This document shows, piece by piece, positions 25,401 to 38,200 of a stretch of 64,000 nt of DNA. Source of the DNA: Antedon mediterranea (Eukaryota > Animalia > Echinodermata); the NCBI RefSeq assembly GCF_964355755.1, contig NC_092673.1, positions 19,775,648 through 19,839,647 of the forward strand, in the 5' to 3' direction. The stretch's first letter is position 1. Each line of letters starts with the position of its first letter. Position numbers and translations under genes: made by a program. Under the pieces are notes generated by a model. The model had not been told where the DNA came from and ran no database searches. It worked only from the letters and a program-made list of their open reading frames with translations.

Positions 25401-28400
25401 GTTCAAAATGCACTTGACTAGAAATTTCGGATCATTAAACATGGTGATCTCATTCTCAAACGAGATAGGCCTATCTATGGTCCCGAAAATGAATTATTTG
25501 CATCTCATTAAAAAACATGCACAGTTCATACGATTTAAATTTAAAAAGAAATTTACAGACTTACAGGATAGCCTATGAAAGTCCCGACGTGGGACTTTCT
25601 TTCCAATGGGGTCCTCAATAACCAATTTAGAAAAGACACAAAAAAAATTACAATACATAAAACATGCAGCACTAGTACATTTAAATTACTGTACTTACCG
25701 TTGAATCACTATCACAGGTTCTAATTCTAAGATAATCCTTAACTTTTATTTTAAAATATCAAATAGATTTGCTTTGTTTTATTAATATGGGCAGGGCATT
25801 AATTATCATTGATATAGGCCTATATTTATTATGAAGAAGTGATGTTTTAAAATGGTTAGGCTCACCTTCCAACCATGGAGTAAAACTTTACTCCATGCTT
25901 CCAACCTACTCCATGTTCGAACTAAGAATTCAATTATGACAATGGGTTTTGCTTCAGGCACTTTGAACAAAACACCTCACAATAAAATAAAACCACAACA
26001 GTCAACTCATCCGACGAGCTAGGAAATATATATATTTGATCAACTCCACCACCACAACTTTCCGATACTATTTGTGCGTGTATTATACATAATAGTAATA
26101 ATATCAGCGGCCGTACCCGTACGTCTCAAAATGCTACCAACATACTCGCGTATATTTTTCGCGTGAACAATATTGGTCGCCGCATTTTACACAAAACACA
26201 TAGTTAATTCCAATAATGTATGCAACTAAAAAGAGCATTTAGGGGTATTTTATTAATAAATGTTTACTATACTACGTTTAAGTTGTTTGCCTTGGGAATC
26301 CATAATCGGCATGATATTGGTGGCGTTGATTATATTGGTTGCCATTAACTCATTTTCATTAAACTGTTTGATCAGGTTTTGGGTATGTATACTTAATTGA
26401 GGTGTATTGATATTTTCACAAGAATTATCAATAATCCACACCGAAGTGAATCGCAAATAGGGCCTACAATCGTTTGTGAACACGTGCAGTGTGATGGGAC
26501 GAACAATTGGGCTATTAAATAGATAGATTGATAGCCTTAGTACGAATGACTAGAGATTGCAGATCTATGTAACAATAGTGGATATTTCATTGTGTTTCTT
26601 ATTTATATAACTTAATTTTTTTCTTAAAGATGCATTATTTCCCCAACATAAAAAATGAAGATTAATAAAATCAGACTTTGAATACGCCATTTTGTAGTTA
26701 ATCACTTCTGTAGAAAAAAACCTCGAAAATGTTTCACTTCAAGTTCAACCAAAAAATCTTTGGCTGACAGCCAATTTGACTATTTTTTTGCTTTAAATTA
26801 CAGATTTTTAGTTAAATAATTTCACTTCGATTCAATTGTTGGTCTAAATGTTTGGTTTAAAATAGCATATTCAACAAAAACATTTAAATTCAGGGGAAAA
26901 ATACATCTTTAAAGTTAGCGATTTTAAAGTGAAGTTATAACTACCAAAGCTAAACTTTCCTTAAAGTGATTTTATAATGTGAATTTTAATTTAAATGCTG
27001 CCAGAATGGTCTGTTTTTGCTTGGTTAACAAACAATATATATTTTAAAAACTGGTGGTACTCCAAGTACTCTCACTTGCACTGATAGTGTTGCCCGAAAG
27101 CTCTGCTACATTTTCTGACTGTTTTACTTTATCGTTTTGATTTAGCTTTTTGCTTATTTATCCATTGATTTTCAACCATCTCCATTGAGATCCAGGCACT
27201 GATACCCGCAGCATTGTAATTTTTTCAGTAATTTGTCTTTGGATTTATAAACTGGTGGTATATATAGTATTTTTAATATTGAATAAAAAACAAAAGTTAA
27301 GTTAACAACAACAATCCTTTAAGGTTGATTGCGCTAGGCCGCGGCAGTCATAGTAACATAACACAATAGTTTTGCAAATAGGATTTTGTTCATTATATAT
27401 TTTACAAACAATAACACGACCTTGCCGCCGTCAAAAGAATTGAGTGTGTTCAAAATGCACTTGACTAGAAATTTCGGATCATTAAACATGGTGATCTCAT
27501 TCTCAAACGAGATAGGCCTATCTATGGTCCCGAAAATTCTAAATTGACTAATTGTTGCCCGTGTAGAAGGCACAATGGCTGGAGGAAATGCTCACAATTC
27601 TGACACTGATGCTAAACATGTTCTACCGATGCTGAATGTGTTGCGAGCTAAAACGGTTGATGAAAGATCTGGTTATTTTCCAAGGTAGGTAAAGTCGACA
27701 GTTATTGCTGATAAGTACATATATCGTGAAGATTGTAGAATCACATGTGTTTTGATGCCAGGCAGAGGAAAATAAAATAAGAAAAAACAACTGATTGGGA
27801 AAATCAAGAATGTGCAAAAAAAGTTTCGGTTATCTAAAGAAAAACACAGGCCTACGACTATAACACATGTTCCTATTTTGTTGGGGATCGGAATACGGAC
27901 ACACTGAATCATCCTAAAACCTTAACCTCCAATGAGAGGGATCAAAGTAACTCTAAACTAAATGCCATGGTAACACACACAAACACAAAGACATTTCGTT
28001 CAAGTCAAGTTTTAAGATTTTGAGAGAATGTTTGAAGGGAATGTCTTCCGACGAAAGTAAAGTGTCATTTCCAAACATAGTTCGTGTTAATGCACCATGG
28101 TGGTCGAATCTAAGGTATTTGTTACGTATAGGCCTATCTCTATAATCGTCAATTTGCAATTATATAATTGTTTTGTTAGATATTCTATTGTGTAGCTTGT
28201 CACCTTTTCACGTTTTACGGTCACGCTCCAACGTTTGCCCCCATAGGTTACTAAGGGCATGCATGACTATTCACGTTCATGTATTTCTTTGGTTTACATT
28301 GTTGAGTATCAATATGTCTTTTTCGAAATTTCTCAATTTTAAGAAGAGGCTATTATAATGTAAATAGTGTGATTGTGGACACAATATTCATGTAATCAGT

Positions 28401-31400
28401 ATTATGTTCAGTATTTTAGGATTTGTCAACGTTTGCAATTCATTGTTTGACCAGAACCATATATTATGTCAAATTCAATATACTAGAATAGTTTATGTTT
28501 CTTTGGTAACTTTGAAAGAGGCAATGTCCGAGCTTTTTGCTCTCTGTAAATAGTGTGGAAACAAATAGGCCTATATTCATGCAATCAGTGCAATTCGTTG
28601 TTTGACCAGAATAATATGTCAAATTTAATACTAGAATTCATTTTTGTTTCAATTTTAATTAAGGTTTTTTTACATTATATGATAACAAACATCTTTTTAT
28701 TTTTGCAGCATTTCTGGAGGCGGTCAACTAAAATTCAGCAATAATAAGAAAACTGTACGATCTAAACCTCAAATGGATTTGACCTCGGCGCCCCCAATAA
28801 ATCTCCCTGGCAACGCTTCCAAACAACCAAAATCAAGGCAGCATCGTAATCACCAAGTAAGAACAAGTAAAAGTGACTCCTTCCCGACAACCAACAAACA
28901 TGGTAAGTAAAATTCGTTCACTATTAATTTCTCGAATGGATATGATAAAAAATACTTGACCGATTAAGTTACTGTTTTACGATTTTTTAAATTCCTAATA
29001 GAAAAAAAAAGGTTTAAATATTGTCCCCCAAACACATGAACAAATGAAGATTAATTTAAAAAGACTTTGAATAGGCCATTTTGTAGTTTTAATCAAGTGA
29101 ATCACTTCCGTAGAAAAAAAAAAGCGAAAACAATAATGTTTTCACTTAGAAAAAGACAAAATGAATTGTTTAAATTCAACCAAAAACCCATTGACCAAAC
29201 CCAATTTGACTATTTTTTGCTTTAAATTACAGTTTTTTCAGGTAAATAATATTTTTTTCGATCCAATTTCTGGTCAAAGTGGATAACTATTATGTGACAT
29301 TAAAATGGCATATTAAAAAAAAAAATTAACATTACATCTTTAATTTAGGCAAATAAAATTCATTAAATATTAATTAAAATGCACCACAGGAAAATTATTT
29401 ATTATTTATTTGTTTGTTTTAGGTATTTCAACGCGTCCGAACAACTCTGCTCCCGAAACACGTAAAACTGCTGCTAACATACCCAAGGAAAATGAAAAAA
29501 GGGAAAACTTTCCAAAAATGAATACATTTGTACAAGGTTATTGCATATTATATTATCGACTTCTGTGTATATTTTCATTCTGAAAGTTCTTAATCAAACG
29601 TTTGTTTGTAATGAAACTATGGGATATTAACTTTAACGCATTTTTTAACACAGAAAACGTATATGGTTTGACTACAGCACAACTGGCGTTTCGAGACATG
29701 CCGAATGGAAAGAATTGGGCTAGACAACTAGCAGGGTTACAGCAATCAAATAAATATCTGAGAGCAGAGTAAGTACAATAGAAATGTGTTATTTCCACCA
29801 CTTTAGTACAAAATCACTTTAAAGTGTAGTTAGTCCTAATCCCCCATCTCAGGATCCTTTAGCTCTTTTTCTAGACTCCTTTGGAAAATGTCTGGATTCT
29901 ACGTGTTTTTCAGTGTTATACACGATTTTGTAGTAGTTTTTGTAACCAAACTAATTGTATTCTTATATCACGTTAGGGGTTCGAAGGACAAACTAATTTT
30001 ACGAAAACATAAACCTGAAAAGTCAAACCTGAAAATTATACCACAAACTCAGACTCCGGAAACTGATCACGGGCAAAAGATAGACAAATACGAAGCACAC
30101 AAAACTTTTCCCAAACTAGACGTATCGAAAATAACAGCCAAAACTGATAGCGGACAAACTGTTAAAAAAACGTTAAATGAATCAACAGAAACGTCACGTT
30201 CGACAGTGCGCACATACGACCATTTGCTAAGGAAACGAGTTCGAACAAGATTAGCTGCTAGAAGATTAGCATGGACAACATTTAGACGGAAAAATAAACA
30301 TAAAGCTCAGATTCTAAGCCAGAATAATGTGAAAACAGAAAAACAACTTAATGGTGTTTATGCAAACAATAATTACAAGATGCAGCGACAGGCACGGGTG
30401 CTGAAAAAAGTTGAAGATGTCCAGTACAACAAAGTTCAAGATATAAACGAAGAAATAACCAAGCGTGAAATGATGCGAAATCACAGTATACTAGCTCAGC
30501 GCGAACATTTAAAGTTACTTCGTGACAAATTCGATGCCGAACAAGTTAAACGTTTTAAAAACCAGTACGTGTCGTGGAAAAGTGTTGAAACTGATCGTTT
30601 AGCAAGATCAAGCGAAGCGTATGGACTACCTGAGAATATTTACGTTGATAGATACAGTAAAGAATTACAACCCGTTGCGGCTAAAATACCCGCGAAGAAA
30701 ACATTTAAGTTAATGGCAACACGAGTTAGAAATATTCAAAGATTTCGGCTTATTTTGAACCCTAAAACGACCTCTGACCCTGACAAAGTTTTAAAGGTTT
30801 CTGATAAATTGCTAGTTGAAGGTATTGATACTGTACAACTTCCGTCGACAGGTAAGTTATCAATTTTGTTTTGAATCACTGATATTGTTTTATTACCTCC
30901 GTCCAGGTGGTTATGATGTCTCCCTGTGGTTTTGTTTGTTTTGTTTATTGTTTTATTTTATCATTTTTGTTGTAGATGGTGATCAACAGAAACGTAAAAA
31001 ACCGATCAAAATTCGTGCAGTAATAGGTTCCGCTAAGAGATTGATATCTTCAAATACAATTGGTATGTACACACAATAAAAAAAATCAAATGAGGCTTTG
31101 ATACTACTGTACTCTAGGTTCTAGACCGAAATTAATAAAAAGATAAATATTTTGTCATATATGGCGTTTCATACGTATAATACATGAGATCGTATTTTCA
31201 AACAAATATCGAAAGGCGGACTACCATAAAACATGTCAATAAATACAGAATTTGGGCAAGTCTACTTTGATACCATTAGTGCATAAATGTGTTACATTCA
31301 ACAGTACATTCAGGTCAGACTTATAATAATCCAATGAAAAACAAGAGTTTCATCATTTTTATCTTTCAGATGCAATAAATGAACTATCAGAAGGCGAATG

Positions 31401-31455
31401 GGATGACCTATCTTCACTCGATATTTCTGATACTGAAGAATTAGATAAAAAATAA
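16412..31455 (+). CDS. Uncharacterised ~550-aa Lys/Arg-rich protein, 8 predicted exons
   Basis: Exons 16412-16499 (less certain), 27567-27684, 28709-28902, 29423-29537, 29654-29769, 29977-30851, 30977-31061 and 31370-31455. All are GT-AG and join in one frame (MNNVRNLRF..VLQGTMAGGNAH..YGLTTAQLAFRDMPNGKNWARQLAG..EELDKK*). Confidence 0.75.
16591..17152 (-). mobile_element. 5'-truncated Tx1-clade LINE
   Basis: Poly(A) tail at about 16590; ~18-bp TSD ACATAACAAATGGAATAT (16573-16590 and 17153-17170). ORF 16859-17155 resembles the C-terminus of ORF2 at 52571 (W..I..G..VNE..SI.TFC.YK). Confidence 0.85.
18617..20694 (+). CDS. DIRS Gag, interrupted at codon 6 by an 880-bp insertion
   Basis: Removing 18634-19513 and one ATTA restores ATG GAG AAC AGT GAT TAC ATT TCT (MENSDYISTTPRSS). 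Contains the DIRS gag-like P.N...VPKVN..IW...RD and LFG motifs. Confidence 0.85.
18634..19513. mobile_element. Non-autonomous TIR element with TGT..ACA ends and 4-bp TSD (Ginger-like)
   Basis: ~68-bp TIRs TGTTATGCGCGATTTGAACGATTTGCGCAATTTGAAATTGCGCAA..; ATTA duplicated at 18630-18633 and 19514-19517; about 20 TTGCGCAA motifs. Confidence 0.88.
20547..22667 (+). CDS. DIRS Pol: reverse transcriptase, RNase H, DNA N6-adenine methyltransferase-like domain
   Basis: IDLKDAYY and YIDD (RT); TDASLSGWG, HINYLEL and HIPGVLNVTADFESR (RNase H); DLFAS..DAF..FPPF..PDWPSQSWY (MTase-like). The frame is open upstream to about 20470, in the -1 frame of gag. The start coordinate given is the inferred frameshift site. 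Confidence 0.93.
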   Translation, partial: FFTSERVQPSDISTKLSTTPGKSPRQRTKGTVRTVPGKKRQDVQELPAIDSQVKAHSVLNDLKRYLDYRVEHFVGGQLKKFIEKWQELTSDHTILNSVKGEIIQFLSPPPQTITRPSNFIAKNHINLVEHEIQTLLTKRVLVKCAYEPGEYVSPIFSVPKKDNRVRIILNLKSLNKYIEYKHFKMDTINTALSMITKNCWMASIDLKDAYYSVGIHKNSQKYLKFHYQGELYKFTAYPNGLSFCPRTFTKLLKPPLSFLRKRGHILCAYIDDLLLVGSTYKRCVDTIMETIKMFDNLGFVIHPEKSVFIPTQSITFLGFNINSGNMKINLTSPKIDRLTNCITRILATSTPTIREIAQIIGYMVSSFPSVQYGKCHYRAVERDKINALKTARGNFDSKMCLSSSAIEDLQWWLINLPQCFNVIGHLAIDLTIYTDASLSGWGAAMGEAATGGHWTVNERKYHINYLELLAAYFGLKSFSKQVLGKQVKLMIDNTTAVSIINNMGTCHSDPCNDITRTIWAFCESNNIWITAAHIPGVLNVTADFESRRQNIDTEWMLNSKTLCEVLTKLNVLPTIDLFASRLNKQFDKYISYRQDPYATDIDAFTISWQNILFYCFPPFNCVLRVIQKIIQDKAQGILVVPDWPSQSWYPMLLGILKEATQIQPAPDLLLMPAQPGLIHPLHKKLRLLICHVSGEAYYQRDLPQAQ
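22406..23602 (+). CDS. DIRS tyrosine recombinase
   Basis: Overlaps the pol 3' end; first ATG about 22613. Motifs GLSYSSINTARS, SGQR, HSTR, AGW and FQKYY give the catalytic R-H-R-W-Y set. Confidence 0.95.
   Translation: MCSQGYTENNTRQGAGNSSSTRLAIPIVVPHAAGDTQGSNTNSTGTRPSVDASTTGIDSSSTQETTTAHMSCIRRSLLSKGFTSGTIEIILASWRAGTKVQYQTMANRWFEFCERKNCDIISPHVTLPLEFLSDMFNSGLSYSSINTARSMLSSLFAVGQEYASFGQLPIVKRFMKGIFELRPSLPRYSYTWNVNVALDYIRGQPSIKESSLKEISQRLAFLLCLLSGQRCQTILNLSIANMEKSDHKIVFYVTEKLKHTRVGSHQKPLEFNAFPSDKKLCIVSLLTEYLSRTSVFRQDKAQLLLSYISPHKPISKDTVSHWVKKFMCNAGIDTVQYKPHSTRSASASHLLNKNVDLNNIMKSAGWAKEETFQKYYNRIAPPTFNYGTAVLESCSSEK
25874..25897. mobile_element. 24-bp P-element-like footprint with 8-bp TSD
   Basis: CTTCCAAC-[CATGGAGTAAAACTTTACTCCATG]-CTTCCAAC; absent from the paralogous site at about 17636-17643. 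Confidence 0.75.
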
Positions 31456-32294
31456 CATTCTAAAATGTAGATGGTATAACTAGACTTAAAAATAAATACT
31501 CTACTGGGTCAGTGTTACAAGAGTTGGTATTTTACTTGGGTAGCTAAAATTCAATATATAACTATATAACTTCAATTCTTTTCTGACGACAATTTTGGAA
31601 AAAAAGATTTTACAAATTAAAATTTGTTTCCTTTTAATCATCATGAGTTTATTTACTAAATTGTTCAGTGGATAATTGTTCCCCTTTTTTGGGCACAGTT
31701 TGTTTAGTAACAACATTATAGTAGGTCCATTGTACACACATCTAGCTAACCATCTGAGTGATCTGAGTTCCAAAATAGTTATGGAGAAGCCTGTTATTAT
31801 ATCAAATTGTTTTACTTTAATATAGGATTAATATAATATACACATTTTCTTACTATTTAAGTTACTATTTTTCCATGCATACTACATGGCACTCAATATG
31901 TGAGGAATCCAAAAACCAAGGAGTGCTTGTATTGCCAGTGTTAGACCCAAAAGGAGAAGGCTAGTCCTCACAGCGCATTGAGAGCTTGCTTATATGCGCT
32001 ATATAAGAATGACATTTTATTATTGTCATCAATACTTCTACTTCAGAGGGAAGCATGACTAATTCTCCAATTATTAATATTGAATATGTAAAGTTAATTA
32101 CGGTCAAAAATCATTTCAATTGTAACAAAAGCTGTGACAAAGGTACAGTAAATTACAGTGACCTAAAAAAAAAAAAGAGTTAAAACCAGGTAATGATACT
32201 CCAAATCCACTATATATATCCATAAAATAAAATATAATCTTTCATAATTTTTCATTTATATTGATAATCATTTTTGCCCTTTGTGTTCCTGGTA

Positions 32295-35200
32295 CTACTT
32301 CGCTTCTTTTTATAGTCAGCGGTTTGAAATTCCTTTTTCAGCATTTGCAGCATCTCTGGACTAATAACGCCCTCCTTGATAAGGGTATCACTCAACTTCG
32401 GCGACCAACCGGACTTCACGTAACTACCATCGTTTTTAGGTGGAGGAGCTATAATTAATTTTGAAATTCAGTGTTGTTACAAACAAAAAAGTAGACCTTT
32501 AAATGTAATTTTCATCAAAGCATTATATATTAATAGATAATTTTTTAAAAAAACAACTCCATTGGGTGCCCGTTCGTCTCTCCACGACAGGGGCTGCATG
32601 GACCAGTAAACCGGGGTAACCCCATACTTTTCAGTGAGGATGTACTGGGTTCTTTAAAGTGCACATGAGCCAGATGTGTACACTGAACCTACAGTTTTTA
32701 GTCTTTATCTGACCAGAACAATGGTCGAAAAGTGCATTAAACCTGTTCATTATATATTGATAATAATTGGAAAAAAAAAACCTCCAGTAGGTGCAAACTT
32801 ACTGCTAGGCAGCTATTGTCACCCATTTGCAAGATGAAAAAGAAGACCCCTTCCATTTATTTTTAGATGCACAACTACGTACCCCTGATCACTAAATCTC
32901 TGTCTACACTATCGAACTTTATGTGAAAAAAAATGTGATGGGGCCCATATATGGACATGTCATATCAATATTTTTGGCCATATCACCACCAAATTTGGGC
33001 ACATCACACTTTTTTTTGTCAAACAATACTCACATCCTTTCTTGCTAAGAGATTTTTTTCTTTCAATCTCATCATCCGGCAGGTTGGCAACATCATCCAT
33101 TTTCTTCTCACTCGCATGTATTAACTTCGTAATGTGAATGACGCCCTCTTTGATGATGTCATCTAACTTTCGTTGAATTTCACGCACCATTTCTCCGTGT
33201 GGGAACATATCCATAAAACGATAACTAAACAAGAAAATAATTTTGCTGTTAGACAAGAAAAAATCCATTCCAGTCATCCAGGTATTAGATTGTGTTCTGT
33301 AGATAAATAATAAGACTTATCCAGTCAGTTTAAAGATATATTGTCGCCTGAAACATTAAAAAAAAATATTTTGGTTGAATAAAAAAAAAAAAAAAATTGG
33401 ATCGGACAAACAAATATTTATCTGAAAAAAACGTAATTTAAAGCTAAAAATAGTCAAATTGGATTGACAAGTGGGTTTTTGGTTGAATTTAACCGTTTAA
33501 TTTGTTTTTTTGTAAGTGAAAACATTTGTTTTTCTACTAAAGTGTGTAACTTGATTAAAACTACAAAATGGCCTATTCAAAGTCATTTTTTATTAATCAT
33601 GTTTTTGAGGGAAAATCTTTAAACTATTATTTACATAATTTAAGTAATTTTGGTTATCAAGATTATTTTACAAACCTAAACCAGAGGTACACATCCATGA
33701 CGTCATGAACAGCCTCTAAGTGCATCAAATCACGCAGGTTACGAGGTACAGCAAGTGGCCAATCAACTTGCCTACTAAACCACTCAAAGGTCAAAGGTTG
33801 ATTCTGACTGTATCGTCTTGCAAACTATCAAATAATTACAATTTAAAAATATTATCAAATATATTTTATTTAATAGTAATGTAAAATGTAAATGGTGGCA
33901 TAACCTACAACTTGCAGCCTACTGGGCTGAATTGTGCACAGGTATGGATGTCACATACCACACCTTTCTTCTCCCCTAAGGGTCCCTTCGTGTTGCGTGC
34001 TGCCACCAAATGGCGCCTGTTCGTCTGTCCACAACGACAAAGATGTACTAGGTTATTTAAAGTGCACATGAGCCAGATGTGTACACTGGACCTCCAGTTT
34101 TAGAAAGACTTGTTCTACCACCAGAAAAATGGTCGATGAGTGCCTTGAACCTGTGCCGATTGTATAGCTATGGTTTGTGGCGCCCCAGCCTTAACCGCTT
34201 GACCACTCGATTCGACAAAATATGTTCTATACATGCATTTTTATGTTATATATAAATAATATATAATTATTATACCTTGAGAAAAGCGGTGCATATAAAA
34301 GCATGCTTCTTGTTGATTGGTGCACAACAAAACACATATCTTGTACGCAAATTGAGCGGAATATGTTGGATCATGTCCGCCAGAAACTTGAAGTCATCAA
34401 TATTACAAACAAAATAATTGCTATCTACTTTTGATAGACTAACAAATATATCCTGAAAAGAATGAAATATTAATAATTTATTTATATATCACTGTCAACT
34501 CAAAAATTGTAATACAGATATTTTAGGTTATAAAAGCTCTGTCTACACAATCAAACTAGTTTGACAAAATAAATGTGATGTACCCAAATATGGTGGTGAT
34601 ATGCCCAAATAAGGTAGTGATATGGCATCATCATGTACATATATGGGCACATCACATTTTTTTGTCACATAAAGTTTGATAGTGTGGACAGAGCTTTAAT
34701 ATTATTTTTTTTCTTACGTCCCATATTACTTACACTATGTAGTGCAAAACAACATGAACAGTAATGTGTCTTGTTCAATTTAATGTGAAAACATTTTATT
34801 TTGAAACTAAAAAGCCTTTAAAATGTCATCAATTCATAATTCCATAATGCAGCACCATCTTGTATTTTATAATAAACAGTTTTAAAAACTTACAATTAGG
34901 TTTGAGAGTGTGGCATCAGGCAGGTGATATGCAAACAACTCAATCTGCTCTGCTGTTGGGTGAAGTCCACATGCCTCTATTGGTTCTACCTTCGCAGCTA
35001 ATATCTCTTTTAAGACAGGAAGGTCACGTGGATAAAACGTTGTAGCTTCGCCCTGCTCATAATCCATTCCGTAGCGACCAGCACGGCCAGCAATTTGAAG
35101 AGCCTGTGATGTAGATATTGTACTAATTTCTTTCTCTCCATCTTCTTTGATCATTGGTTTGGTGACTGAGTAGAAAATCACTCGTCTGATACTCCTGTAA

Positions 35201-38200
35201 AAGGTTAAAGTTCTTTTAGGACTTTTAGATCATGTCCACTATGTCGACTGCTACCCTATTACACTATTTTTATGATATGCACATGCGCTAGGAGATTGAC
35301 ACGTCGACTGACAAATTTGAGCAATTTTGGCGTTTGCTCTCTGACATGAGTATGAGTGGACATGACGTCATAACACTGCAAAAGTTTACCAAAATCATGG
35401 CCGAGAATGATCTCGCGATAATTTTCTGAGGAAAGTGAATTTATTTTATTAGTTATTTTAAATAAAGCTTTTAATAATACAGGTTATGGCCTGGGTCACT
35501 AGGACGGCAGCCTTCGTTAATTAAGGATCTATACTAAGCCTAGCCACCAGACTAGTGTGGTGGAATAGCTCCACAGACGAGTGCTACTAGAGATTACAAG
35601 GTCAGATCAGAAGTTCATTACGTCATACGTTCAACGACACGTCAACGTAAATGTCCACTTAATGTAAATGTTCTTATATCTGTCAACGAGCAACAGTAGG
35701 ACCATGTGGACGTGGTCTTCGTTCGTTTTCACGCAAATCTAAAAGTCCCTATTTGTCACAAGTGATTTTATTTTTGTTCCATTGTACCGTATGAGGGGGG
35801 TCATTCATGCGTAGCGGCCTCTTATTGGATGATGGGTTGGTATATAAAGTGTGTGCGGGAACGGCGCGAGGTTGAAACAAGGAGTTGGGAGTAAGCTGAG
35901 TGTTGCATTTCTTGTTTGGGTGTGGCAAACTACTATTGTTGTATTGATAAGTTGCTAAGCAGAGAAAATAAAGAAAACCACAAAGTAAGAGATATAGATA
36001 TTTGATGCACACTTCAGCGATATTGTAGTCGGGTAATAAATAACTGCTTAATTTCTAATCTGAGGTCTCTTTTTACGACTGTTAATTGAGTGGTAGGCTA
36101 CATTGAAGAACGGATTGACTAATTGAATTTATAACTAAAGGACAACCAGAACACTTGTGAGTACAGAATAGTAACGATATTGGAATTGAACGAGACGGAA
36201 AGGAAAAACTTACTACTAGTACGACACACCATTGAATTGGAGACATTAAAGAAAGACGTTAAAGAAAAGAAGGACGGTTACAGAAATAATGCGTGGAATG
36301 TTATATACAACGGCTACTGGTGTGTGAAATAGCCACCTGATTGGAACTTACATGGCATTATCAACGTGTAAACTTATTGTAATTATATATATATATGGAA
36401 TAGATAGATGAATTATGAAATAACAAATATTATATGTGTGGAAAAGAATAGAATACTAGTATATGAATTTAAGAAATATTGTGAAACAACTTATTGTAAT
36501 TATATATATGGAATAGATAGATGAATTATGAAATAACGAATATTATATGTGTGGAAAAGAATAGAATAAGGTACGAATTTAAGAAATAGTGTGAAACAAA
36601 GTTTTGTTATTATAAATATGGAATAGATACTGAATTATGAATTAACGAGTATTATATAATTATGTGAAAAAGAAATGAACATAAATAAGACAAATTGATA
36701 AAATTAGTGGCTAAAATATATTAGAAGATGAATGATTTATAATCAAAGTGTATAAGACGAGATAGAGAAAGTGTTGTATTAATTGTATCATAGGGAATGG
36801 GGATAGTAATTTAAGAGGGTAATTCGAGATTTATATGATGAAATTAATTGAATAATATTGTAAAGTGTAACGATGATGCAAGTATACGTATAGGGGAATT
36901 AGGGTAGAGTGTATTTGGAATAGAAGTAATTATTTATTTATTGTTGTATTCATTTATTTGTTTATTGTATTTAATTGGGTTTTGAGTATTAGGAACAGGG
37001 GTAAAGGCCATCTCTAGAGATAATTGAGGGAGTAAAGGGAACTTGTAAGATATTTATTTATGGGTTTATTATTAACGGGTATTTATTTATTAGATGTTAT
37101 TGAATGGTTAAATGTGAAACTTCATATGAATGCTCGTTTGAGCCTGAGGTATAAATGTTTAAAAGAAAAGGAAAAAAAATAATTAAAATAACGATAGAAG
37201 CTCTTGAAGTAATTTGTAATTGTTTTCTGTATAACTAAATTGGCAAGGTTTCGTGACACTATTATTAAAATTATTGATTTTATATTTACTGTATTTTTTC
37301 TTTTATAGAGGTGAACTTTTTCATTACAAGATTGTTTCCCCAGAGGGCGCTGAATAATACATGATCAGCACACTAGCAACGTAACAATGTCTCGCTTGCC
37401 TTGCATTTCTCTCTCGGTATGCAAAGGTGCATGTACATCACTCACTTCCCACAATATGTTGTTTGTACCAATGAGCAGTAAGTAATAATACTTACAGATT
37501 CAGCCCCATTCCAATAGAATCTGTTGCCACTAGTATTTTACAAGTATCTTCAGAATCATTGAACTTCTCTGCCTGTCCTAATTTTGTTCCTGTGGAAAAC
37601 AAATCGCATCTGTAATATGTATCTAACCAAATTTGAATTAATAATTAAAATGATGATCCATCCATTTGCATTATTTATATGGTTTTAACTTTGTTAAGTG
37701 ATTTATGTAATTGTTTAAAATAAAATTGATTATATGAAAAATGAATATTTATGAGTGTGATGGTAGAAATAATTTCATATTTAAACACGAAAAGAAGATT
37801 TTTTTCGTACAAGAAAAAAAAAGTACATTTACACGATCATTAAATATTACATATTGTATAACAACTAAATAAATGCTGTCATTTGATTGGATGATTGTGG
37901 GTCACATGGCGTGCAATAGTACGCACTATTTGAACAGTTGTTAAATAGTAACTCAACTAACCTGGTGGTAGGCTGCCATATATAACAGCACATTCATGAC
38001 CCATTTCCTCAAGTTTTCTACTTAACGTGAATATATCATTCTTACTAAAAGCAACGATACAATCACCAGGCCGTATGTTTTCCAAACTATCTAATGACTT
38101 GTCAAGAATCTTGAGTGGCATCAACCTCTTGTATCGACGCACCTCCATGGACTCACCAGTAGATGTCAAAAGCTCATTGAGAAGAGGAATGGCAGCCTCC

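Larger units (their letters stand above)
17256..27537 (+). repeat. Tandem duplication of a ~2.05-kb unit; copy A (17256-25490) is interrupted by DIRS, copy B is 25491-27537
   Basis: 17256-18270 matches 25491-26520, and 24217-25490 matches 26520-27537. Junction CCCGAAAAT|GAATTATTTGC. Confidence 0.92.
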
